Source of the DNA: an uncultured Anaerolineae bacterium
GTDB taxonomy: Bacteria > Chloroflexota > Anaerolineae > Aggregatilineales > UBA3940
Direction: 5' to 3'
NCBI GenBank assembly: GCA_964506005.1
Contig: CAZDLX010000001.1
Coordinates: 35,620-59,619, forward strand
DNA: 24,000 bases
Made by a program: the position numbers and the translations under genes. Under the pieces are notes generated by a model. That model ran no database searches, was not told the origin of the DNA, and saw only the letters and a list, made by a program, of their open reading frames with translations. Below are positions 6,902-13,900 of the stretch, one piece after another (the stretch's first letter is position 1; each line of letters starts with the position of its first letter).

Positions 6902-8293
6902 TTGCAGGATCTACTCGCGAGCGTCACCCTGTTCAAGAATCTGAACGAAGCAGATCTGGCGCGGGCAGCCGCGCTTGTGCAGGAGATCGACGTCGCGGCG
7001 GGCGACATCCTCTTTCATGAAGGCGATGCGAGCGCCTGTGCCTACATCATCTGCGCGGGTCAGGTGGAGGTCATCAAGCGCTCGCAGGGGCGTGACATTC
7101 TGCTTGCCGTCGAGGGGCGGCGCGGGGTGATCGGCGAGATGTCGCTCATCGATCGGACGCCGCGCACGGCGACGGTGCGGGCGCGCACCGATGTACACCT
7201 GGCGGTGATCGGCCAGGAGCAGTTCGATCACCTGCTCGCTACCAGCCCGTCGGCAGCGCGGGCCATAACCGAGACGGTGCTCAGCCGCTGGCGGAAGAAC
7301 CAGTCTCTGCTGCGACAGGCGGAGAAGATGACCCAGCTTGGGACGCTCGTCGCGGGCATGGCTCACGAGCTCAACAACCCGGCGGCGGCCCTGCGAAGCG
7401 GAGCGGAGGCGCTGCGCAGCACGCTGCCCCAGGTGGAGCAGACCTACCAGCGGCTGCGCTCGTTCGAACTCACCGGCGAGCAGCAGCGCGAGCTGGCCCG
7501 GCTGACGTCGGCCGTCGAGAGCCTCGGCAGCGATACCCCGGCGCTCGGCGCGCTGGCCCAGAGCGACCTCGAAGCCGAGTTCGAGGCGCATCTGGAGCGC
7601 TGTGGTGTGCCGGATGCCTGGCAGTCGGCTCCGCTGCTGGTCGAGCTGGGCTACGATACGGCGGGTCTTGCCGCGCTCACGGCGGCGTTCCCCGGCGAGC
7701 AGCTAGCCGCTGTGCTCGATTGGCTGGAGGCACGCCACGCGATCCAGTCGCTGCTGGCGGAAATCGGCAGCGGGGCGCAGCGAATCACCAAGGTCGTCGG
7801 CGGGCTGCTGACTTATGCCCATCTCGACAGCGGCACTGTGGAGCACTTCGACATCCATGAGGCGCTGGACGACGCGCTGCGGGCGGTCGAAGACAAGCTC
7901 GCAGCGGACGTTGCGGTTCACCGGGTCTATGCGGCTGACCTGCCCCCGGTCGAAGGCTACGGCACGGAGCTCGAACAGGTGTGGCGGCATCTCGTGGACA
8001 ATGCCGCCGATGCCCTGAACGGCAGCGGCGACCTCACGCTGCGTACGCGCCGGGACGGGGCTGGCGTGTGCGTCGAGGTCGAGGATAACGGGCCCGGCAT
8101 TCCGCCCGAGGTTCAGGCGCGGATCTTCGAGCCGTTCTTCACCACGAAGCCGCCGGGAAAGGGTGCCGGGCTGGGCCTGTACACCTCGTATTCAATCGTG
8201 GCGCTCAAGCACCGGGGCGAAATCACCGTCGAGTCCCAACCCGGCAGAACGGTCTTCCGGGTCTGGCTGCCCACCACATTGCCCCACTCGTAG
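6902..8293 (+). CDS. Soluble histidine kinase with N-terminal cyclic-nucleotide-binding domain (CNB-HisKA-HATPase_c)
   Basis: 463-aa ORF with a TTG start preceded by GGAGGA 5 nt upstream. The CNB domain has a canonical phosphate-binding cassette, GEMSLIDRTPRTATV. The H-box is MAHELNNPAAAL. The ATPase motifs are the N box (DNAADAL) and the G boxes (EDNGPGIP, GKGAGLGL). There are no TM segments and no adjacent response regulator. Confidence 0.9.
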   Translation: MQDLLASVTLFKNLNEADLARAAALVQEIDVAAGDILFHEGDASACAYIICAGQVEVIKRSQGRDILLAVEGRRGVIGEMSLIDRTPRTATVRARTDVHLAVIGQEQFDHLLATSPSAARAITETVLSRWRKNQSLLRQAEKMTQLGTLVAGMAHELNNPAAALRSGAEALRSTLPQVEQTYQRLRSFELTGEQQRELARLTSAVESLGSDTPALGALAQSDLEAEFEAHLERCGVPDAWQSAPLLVELGYDTAGLAALTAAFPGEQLAAVLDWLEARHAIQSLLAEIGSGAQRITKVVGGLLTYAHLDSGTVEHFDIHEALDDALRAVEDKLAADVAVHRVYAADLPPVEGYGTELEQVWRHLVDNAADALNGSGDLTLRTRRDGAGVCVEVEDNGPGIPPEVQARIFEPFFTTKPPGKGAGLGLYTSYSIVALKHRGEITVESQPGRTVFRVWLPTTLPHS

Positions 8294-8441
8294 CAGCCCG
8301 GGCTATCGCCTCAAGCGGACAACTCAACGCGATCCACTGCGTAGAAGAGATAGAGTCTGTGCACAACGGTCGAGCCGGCATGCGGCAGGTATCCGCCGGA
8401 CGGCAGTCTGCCGCGACCGGTCTATCAGATGAGGGGACAAA

Positions 8442-9221
8442 ATGTCACGCGTGTTAGTCACGGGAGGAACCGGCATTCTCGGGACGGAGCTGCGCCCCCG
8501 TTTGGATGCAGCCGGTTACGCAGTGCGGATTATGAGCCGCCGCGCGCCGCAGCCCGGCGAGGATGCTGGCGTTGAGTGGGCGCAGGCGGACATTAACACA
8601 GGCGACGGCCTGCCTGCCGCTGTGCGGGATGTGGACACCATTATCCATGCTGCCAGCGCCGGCTTCGGCGACTCGTACCGGGCCGACGTGCAGGGGACGC
8701 GCCGCCTGCTTGAGGCGGCGCGCGAGGCAGGCGTCGGGCACTTCATCTATATCTCTATCGTGGGCATTGACCGGATCGACTACGAATACTACCGGCACAA
8801 GCTTGAGGCCGAGAAGCTGATCGAGCAGTCGGGCATGCCCTTCTCGATTCTGCGCGCGCCGCAGTTCCACGCGCTGGTGGATGCGATCCTGGCGCGGCTC
8901 GTCCGCTTCCCGGTGGCGTTCGTCGATACGCGTTTCATACTGCAGCCGATGGACGAAGGCGAGGTCGCGGACCGGCTCGTCGAGCTTGCCAGAAGCGGGC
9001 CATGCGGCAGGGTGCCGGACATCGGCGGGCCGGAGATCCGCCGCATGCGCGATCTCACGCGGGCCTGGCTGGCGGCGCGTGACAGGCGGGCGCTGATCGT
9101 CGGCGTGCCGTTCCCCGGCGGGCTGTGGGCCGGCTGGCGCAGGGGCCTGACGACCGTCCCCGGCAACCCGCAGGGCGTGGTGACGTTCGAGCAGTGGCTG
9201 GCGCGCAAGTACGGCGGGTGA
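8442..9221 (+). CDS. NAD(P)H-binding NmrA-like/atypical SDR family oxidoreductase
   Basis: 259 aa. The N-terminal Rossmann motif is VLVTGGTGILGTEL. GGGGA lies 4 nt upstream of the ATG. Length and pattern are typical of NAD(P)-binding NmrA-like proteins. Confidence 0.8.
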   Translation: MSRVLVTGGTGILGTELRPRLDAAGYAVRIMSRRAPQPGEDAGVEWAQADINTGDGLPAAVRDVDTIIHAASAGFGDSYRADVQGTRRLLEAAREAGVGHFIYISIVGIDRIDYEYYRHKLEAEKLIEQSGMPFSILRAPQFHALVDAILARLVRFPVAFVDTRFILQPMDEGEVADRLVELARSGPCGRVPDIGGPEIRRMRDLTRAWLAARDRRALIVGVPFPGGLWAGWRRGLTTVPGNPQGVVTFEQWLARKYGG

Positions 9222-9248
9222 GAGTCCGGGGCGACCCGCTGGAATCAG

Positions 9249-9275
9249 GAGAGCCGGGCACGCGGCCCGGCTCTC
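9249..9275. terminator. GC-rich hairpin between convergent genes (possible bidirectional terminator)
   Basis: GAGAGCCGGGC-acgcg-GCCCGGCTCTC gives 11-bp perfect arms with a 5-nt loop. It lies between the SDR stop (9221) and the oxidoreductase stop (9297). Neither side has a clear U-tract. Confidence 0.5.
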
Positions 9276-9296
9276 TGCGGTGGGGAGAGGTTCCGG

Positions 9297-10472
9297 TTAC
9301 ACGGCAGCGTGCTCGTGGAGGTCCGCGCTGGAGACCGGAGCGTGCTCGGCAATCAACTGCCGGGCAGCATCCAGCTTGCCCCAGGTATTCCACAGCAGCA
9401 CGCCGCGCACCTCGCCGGCCCTCACGTAGTAGATGGTTCCCTTGCGGAATGGCTCCTCCCAGCGAACGGTCGTGTCGAGCCTGGAGCTGAGCTCCCCAAC
9501 CGCCTCGTAGCCCAGCTCGAACAGGTCGGAGTAGAAGTACGGCAGGTGGTGGTAGGGCTCGTCGCGCCCTGCCATGTTGCGGCCCGCCGTCCGCCCCATC
9601 GTGTTGGCGTTGTCCTCATGCTCGACGCGCATCCGCTGGCCCAGGATAGGGCTGTAGAAGCGGGCGACGTCCCCGGCGGCATAGATATCCGGCACGGTCG
9701 TCTGCAGGTGCGCGTTCACCACGATGCCGTTATCAACCTCCAGCCCGGCTTCCTCGGCCAGCTCCACGTTGGGCTGGATGCCGATCCCCGCCACAACGGC
9801 GTCTACCTCCAGAACCAGGCCGCTCTTTGTACGAACGGCGAAGCCATCGTCCTGCCGCTCGACGTCTGCCACAAACTCGCCGCCGCGGACGTCCACGCCC
9901 TGCTCGCGGTAGTAGTCGTTCAGGAAGCGCGCGAGGTCGGGCGGGAAGAGCGCCGCCCCGATGCTCTCCTCAGGGAAGAGCATTGTGACCTCGCGCCCGT
10001 TCATCGCCAGCGCTGCCGTGATCTCAGCGCCGATGAAGCCGCCGCCGATCACGGCGAAACGGCGGCGCTCCTGGGCCGTTTCGCGCAGGCGGCGGTAGTC
10101 CGCCAGCGTGCGGTAGTAGATGATGTCGTCGCCGCCAAAGGGCAGCCGGCGGGGCCGCCCGCCGGTCGCCAGCAGCAGCCGGTCGTAGCCGTAGGTGCGG
10201 CCCGACCTGTCCTCCACGGTGTGGGCCTCGGCGTCCAGCGAGACGATTCGCTGGCCCAGATACATCGTGACGTCGTGGCGGTCGGTGGAACGCCAGATCT
10301 CGTCGAGCGGCTTGCCCTTCCACAGCCCTTTCGACAGCGGCGGGCGGTTGTAAGGGAGCGTACTCTCAGCGCTGATCAGGCCGATAGAGCCGTCGGCATC
10401 GACCTCACGTATCCCTGCCACCGCCGCGTCGGCTGTCATCCCTCCCCCGACGATCAAGTAATCGTAGTGCAT
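9297..10472 (-). CDS. FAD-dependent pyridine nucleotide-disulfide oxidoreductase (ferredoxin-reductase/AIF-like)
   Basis: Motifs are FAD dinucleotide-binding YLIVGGGMTADAA, NAD-binding FAVIGGGFIGAEITAAL, and the AAGDVA motif. I prefer the start at ATG 10472 (MHYDYLIVGGG), which has GAGAGGGG upstream, over the ORF maximum at 10496. Confidence 0.85.
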   Translation of the reverse strand: MHYDYLIVGGGMTADAAVAGIREVDADGSIGLISAESTLPYNRPPLSKGLWKGKPLDEIWRSTDRHDVTMYLGQRIVSLDAEAHTVEDRSGRTYGYDRLLLATGGRPRRLPFGGDDIIYYRTLADYRRLRETAQERRRFAVIGGGFIGAEITAALAMNGREVTMLFPEESIGAALFPPDLARFLNDYYREQGVDVRGGEFVADVERQDDGFAVRTKSGLVLEVDAVVAGIGIQPNVELAEEAGLEVDNGIVVNAHLQTTVPDIYAAGDVARFYSPILGQRMRVEHEDNANTMGRTAGRNMAGRDEPYHHLPYFYSDLFELGYEAVGELSSRLDTTVRWEEPFRKGTIYYVRAGEVRGVLLWNTWGKLDAARQLIAEHAPVSSADLHEHAAV

Positions 10473-10511
10473 GCCAACCCCTCTCATAGTCCACATCTGA
10501 CGTGAAGCCGG

Positions 10512-11636
10512 TCAGACCGCAGCCGCCTCCGTCTGCGCGCGGCGGATGGCGTCGAGCAGCGACCGGTGTGCGCGAACGAACTTCTCGACGCCTTCGTCCA
10601 GCAGGCGGTCGGTAACCTCGTCGATCAAGATGCCGCGTGCAGCCAGTGCGTAGAACGTGTGCTGCGCGCCCGCGATATCGTGTGTGATCGCCGGCGCAAT
10701 CCTGCCGTGGTCGAGGAAGGCGTCGATGGTGCCCAGGGGAGCGGTGTTGACGGTGTGGGCGCCAATCAGCGCCTCAAGGTACATGACATCGGAATAGGCG
10801 GGGTCCTTGGTGCCCGTGCTGGCCCACAGCGGCCGCTGCACGTGCGCGCCCTGCGCGGCAAGGGCGTGGAAGCGCGGTGAGTCGAACGTGCGCTGGAAGC
10901 CCTGGTAGACGAGCTTCGCGTTGGCGATACCCGCGCGGCCCTTGAGCCGGGCCAGCTCCGCTGCCGCCGCCGGGTCGCGCGCTATGCGGTCATCCAGCAT
11001 GCGGTCGACGAGCGTATCCACCCGGCTGACGAACAGCGAGGCCACCGAGCGCAGCCGGTCGATGGCCTGCCCGGCTGCTGCCCGGCGCTCCAGCGCTCGC
11101 AGGTAGGCAGTCATCACTTCTCCGTACATCGCCTGGCTGAAGATCAGCGTGATATTGATGTTGATGCCGTCGGCGAGGCTCTCTTCGATGGCCCGCAGGC
11201 CTTCGCGGGTGGCCGGGATCTTGATCATCAGGTTGGGCCGGTTGACGACCTGCCACAGGTGGCGCACCTGTTCCAGCGTCGCCTGCCAGTCGTGGGCCAG
11301 CAGCGGCGATACCTCCAGGCTGACGTAGCCGTCGAGCCCGCCCGTAGCCTCGTACACCGGGCGGAACAGGTCGGCTGCCTGCTGGATATCCGTGACTGCC
11401 AGCGCCTCGTAAAGCTCGTCCGGCGGCAGGCCCTCTCGCGTGAGCTGCTCGATCTCCTCGCCGTAGAGGTCGCTGCCGGTGATGGACGCCTCGAACATCG
11501 ACGGGTTGGACGTGATTCCGGCGACGCCTGCCTCGATCAACCGCCCGATCTCGCCGTTGCGTAGAAGCTCGCGGGAGAACGTATCACACCACAGGCTCTG
11601 CCCTATCCCGGCGAGCTGTTTAACTCTCGGGTGCAT
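10512..11636 (-). CDS. tal: Transaldolase (long, ~370-aa type)
   Basis: 374 aa. Motifs are QSLWCDTFSR, GITSNPSMFE and the Schiff-base Lys motif LMIKIPATREG. A GGAGGTG RBS lies 4 nt upstream of the ATG. Confidence 0.9.
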   Translation of the reverse strand: MHPRVKQLAGIGQSLWCDTFSRELLRNGEIGRLIEAGVAGITSNPSMFEASITGSDLYGEEIEQLTREGLPPDELYEALAVTDIQQAADLFRPVYEATGGLDGYVSLEVSPLLAHDWQATLEQVRHLWQVVNRPNLMIKIPATREGLRAIEESLADGININITLIFSQAMYGEVMTAYLRALERRAAAGQAIDRLRSVASLFVSRVDTLVDRMLDDRIARDPAAAAELARLKGRAGIANAKLVYQGFQRTFDSPRFHALAAQGAHVQRPLWASTGTKDPAYSDVMYLEALIGAHTVNTAPLGTIDAFLDHGRIAPAITHDIAGAQHTFYALAARGILIDEVTDRLLDEGVEKFVRAHRSLLDAIRRAQTEAAAV

Positions 11637-11680
11637 GTCTCACCTCCAAAACGTTCCATATACAAGCTGGCGCGCCGGGG

Positions 11681-12379
11681 CTAATCCGGACGCGCCAGCG
11701 GCTCTTCGAATCTGAAACCTTCGTCCTCGGCTGGAAGTGGCTGGTCGTGCAGCGCGCGGAAGACGCAGCGCCCATGCCCTGCCTGGAAACGCTCCTCGCG
11801 CCGGACACGCACGCCGAGCAGCCGTTCCAGGCTCGAAACCGTGACGCTGCACAGGGCAGGGCGCTCGAGGGCTACGCTCAGGAAGGGGCAGTTGCGCTCG
11901 ATAAGCAGCAGGTCGCCGCCCGACTCGGCAACCTCGGTGAAAGGGTCATTCTCAATATAGATGCCGCGCAGCGCCTCGACGCGCTCGGCGAGCGACAGCC
12001 CTTGCAGCCGGGGCAGCCACGCCCGCACGCGCCGCTCGGTGAGCGAGGCGAGGATGGCACGCAGCGCCGCGGGGCCCATCTCCTCGCCAATCGCGTCGAT
12101 GAGTTCGAGGGTCAGCCGGTCATACTCCTTGGGGAACAGGTGCTCGCCTGCCGCGGTCAGCACGTAGACCCGTGTGGGGCGGCCCACCCGGCCCTCGCCG
12201 TCGTACGGCGCGGTGGTAATCCAGCCCTCGTTCTGCAGGTAGACAATCTGCTGGCGCACTGCCTCGTAGGTGATACCGAGCTGTTCGGCCAGCCCGGCGG
12301 TGGTGGCCTGCCGGTCTCGCTTGACGAGCAGCAGGATGGCGCGGCGGATATCGGATAGCTCGTCCAGTGGCGTAACCAT
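11681..12379 (-). CDS. Winged-HTH transcriptional regulator, ArsR/SufR-like (COG2345-type) with Cys-containing C-terminal domain
   Basis: The start is placed at ATG 12379 (MVTPLDELSDIRRAILLLV...). The wHTH reads TTAGLAEQLGITYEAVRQQIVYLQNEGWI...GRPTRVY. The C-terminal NCPF...ALCS...GRCVF three-Cys pattern resembles SufR-type regulators. The upstream part of the 350-aa ORF crosses the AT-rich promoter region and is not credible coding sequence. Confidence 0.65.
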   Translation of the reverse strand: MVTPLDELSDIRRAILLLVKRDRQATTAGLAEQLGITYEAVRQQIVYLQNEGWITTAPYDGEGRVGRPTRVYVLTAAGEHLFPKEYDRLTLELIDAIGEEMGPAALRAILASLTERRVRAWLPRLQGLSLAERVEALRGIYIENDPFTEVAESGGDLLLIERNCPFLSVALERPALCSVTVSSLERLLGVRVRREERFQAGHGRCVFRALHDQPLPAEDEGFRFEEPLARPD

Positions 12380-12462
12380 GCTGTCATCTGCCCCTTTTAG
12401 ATGCCTCAGCTTCTGCACGTGAGCAATAAGTATCTCTGACAGTACTAAGTGCGAAACAAAAA

Positions 12463-12480
12463 TACAAGTCTTTTCTTGTA
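12463..12480. promoter_or_regulatory. Inverted repeat TACAAG-N6-CTTGTA, candidate operator in divergent promoter region
   Basis: Perfect 6-bp arms are separated by TCTTTT in the AT-rich intergenic region between the wHTH regulator and the SRPBCC-PDZ-DinB gene. Function is inferred only. Confidence 0.25.
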
Positions 12481-12541
12481 AAATCCCTGTTTTGGTCCTG
12501 TTTGTATGCCAGGTTGGCGGCCCTGCCCTGGGCATTTTCCG

Positions 12542-12570
12542 TTGACTTACTAGAACAAATGGCTTATTCT
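12542..12570 (+). promoter_or_regulatory. Sigma70-type promoter of the SRPBCC-PDZ-DinB gene
   Basis: TTGACT (12542-12547), a 17-nt spacer, then TATTCT (12565-12570). GGAGGA at 12590-12595 lies 6 nt before the ATG at 12602. Confidence 0.55.
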
Positions 12571-12601
12571 GGGGGTATCGTTCGCTATTGGAGGATTTGC
12601 G

Positions 12602-13792
12602 ATGCCGTACCAATTCGAACTTAGCCAGCAAGTTAACCAGCCCCCTGAGCGTGTGTTTTTCGCCTTCACCAACAGCCCGATGCTCGCCACATGGTGGTGC
12701 GATTGGGCCTTCCTGACCCCGAACCGGGGGCATACGCTGTACATGTACTGGGAGACGGGCTTCCAGGCGATGGGCCAGTACACCGAACTCAGGTCACCGG
12801 AGTATATTGCCTTCACCTGGGTAGACGGCGCTTCGCCGCCGTGCAAGGCCGCTGTGACGCTGACCGCGTCGGACGGCGGGACCCGCGTGGACCTCGCTTT
12901 CTCGGAGATCGACAACGAGGATCAAGCCCGGCAGCTCGAAAAGCACTGGCGAGATGGACTCGAGAATCTGGCCTCGGTGCTGGAGACGGGTGCCGACCTG
13001 CGCGAGACCCGCCGCCCGATGATGGGTGTCTACCTCGGCGATCTGGTGGGCGAGGACACCGCCGCGCGGTACGGGACATCGCATGGCATTGTGCTGGAAG
13101 GCACTCTTGAGGGCTTAAGCGCCGAGGCTGCCGGGTTGAAGGGCGGCGATGTGCTGGTCGAAGCTGACGGCCAACCTTTGAAGGAGTACAGCGACCTGAT
13201 GCAGGTGATGGAGGGCCGGGTAGTCGGTGAAGTTGTGGAGGTCGCCTACCTGCGAAACGGCGAGCAGCACACCGCGGCGATGGAGCTCAAAACCCAGCAC
13301 ATACCGGAAATCCCGCGTGACCCCAACGAGCTGGCCGACCAGCTTGCAGCCAAATATGCGGAGGCCAACCAGGTACTGGCGGAGGTTCTCGACGGCGTCA
13401 GCGAGGAGCAGGCGGCCATCGTGCCCGCGCCCGACGAGTGGAGCATCCGGCAGATCGTCGCCCACTTGATTGCGAACGAGCGCGACGAGCAAACGACCAT
13501 CGGCATGCAGGTGGGCGGCTTCGGCGACGTGTTCAGCTACAACAACAACTCGCTGGTCCGCATCGAGCCGCTGCTGGCCACCTACCCGTCGATACCCGAA
13601 CTGCTGGATGCGCTGCATCGCACCCAGGCGGAGACGGTCGCCGCCGTTCGGCATCTGCCGGCGGACTTCGTCGAGCGGCGGGGCAGCTACGACCGGCTGG
13701 GCAGAGTGCTGCTGGAGGATGCGGACAGCCACTACGGGCTGCACGTCGAGCAGATCGAAGGGGCCAAGGAAGCCGCTCTGGCCGGCGGATAG
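12602..13792 (+). CDS. Three-domain fusion protein: SRPBCC (AHSA1/START-like) + PDZ + DinB-like four-helix bundle
   Basis: 396 aa. Residues ~1-125 are SRPBCC-like (PPERVFFAFTNSPMLATWW...YIAFTW...TRVDLAF...HWRDGLENL). Residues ~140-230 are PDZ (GIVLEGTLEGLSAEAAGLKGGDVLVEADGQPL...). Residues ~240-390 are DinB-like with His residues in IVAHLIANE and DSHYGLHVEQI. Confidence 0.8.
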   Translation: MPYQFELSQQVNQPPERVFFAFTNSPMLATWWCDWAFLTPNRGHTLYMYWETGFQAMGQYTELRSPEYIAFTWVDGASPPCKAAVTLTASDGGTRVDLAFSEIDNEDQARQLEKHWRDGLENLASVLETGADLRETRRPMMGVYLGDLVGEDTAARYGTSHGIVLEGTLEGLSAEAAGLKGGDVLVEADGQPLKEYSDLMQVMEGRVVGEVVEVAYLRNGEQHTAAMELKTQHIPEIPRDPNELADQLAAKYAEANQVLAEVLDGVSEEQAAIVPAPDEWSIRQIVAHLIANERDEQTTIGMQVGGFGDVFSYNNNSLVRIEPLLATYPSIPELLDALHRTQAETVAAVRHLPADFVERRGSYDRLGRVLLEDADSHYGLHVEQIEGAKEAALAGG

Positions 13793-13848
13793 CGCCGCCC
13801 GGCTTTGAAGCCGCAAGCTGTAACGGGCAGCGAGGGCCGAGAATCACA

Positions 13849-13880
13849 CCGGGCGGGGTTCCCCGCCCGGCTGCGTTTTG
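13849..13880 (+). terminator. Rho-independent terminator (probably bidirectional)
   Basis: CCGGGCGGGG-tt-CCCCGCCCGG is effectively a 9-bp GC stem with a 4-nt loop. It is followed by CTGCGTTTTG on the plus strand and by UGUGAUUCU on the minus strand. It lies between convergent stops at 13792 and 13901. Confidence 0.6.
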
Positions 13881-13900
13881 CCGTGCTGGCTGAGCCCTCG

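Noticed and set aside
6457-7008. 183-aa minus-strand ORF, plus small plus-strand ORFs (6729-6944, 6784-7020), in the cyclase/kinase intergenic region.
   Set aside because: They have no SD and compositionally odd translations. The minus-strand ORF overlaps the well-supported kinase start. The region is more plausibly non-coding leader and promoter sequence.
8383-8413. CGGCAG direct repeat plus the palindrome CGGCAGTCTGCCG upstream of the SDR gene. Also the short GC palindromes AGCCCGGGCT (~8286) and GCCGGGCCCGGC (15885-15896).
   Set aside because: They are too short and GC-rich to distinguish from chance in this composition. As hairpins their loops would be sterically too small. No supporting context exists.
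9309-10505. 398-aa plus-strand ORF covering the FAD oxidoreductase locus.
   Set aside because: It is the antisense shadow of a gene with unmistakable FAD/NAD dinucleotide-binding motifs. Its own translation is low-complexity and motif-free.
12380-12733. N-terminal 118-aa extension of the 350-aa ORF 11681-12733.
   Set aside because: It runs through the AT-rich divergent promoter and overlaps the start of the SRPBCC-PDZ-DinB gene. The wHTH domain begins right after the internal ATG at 12379.
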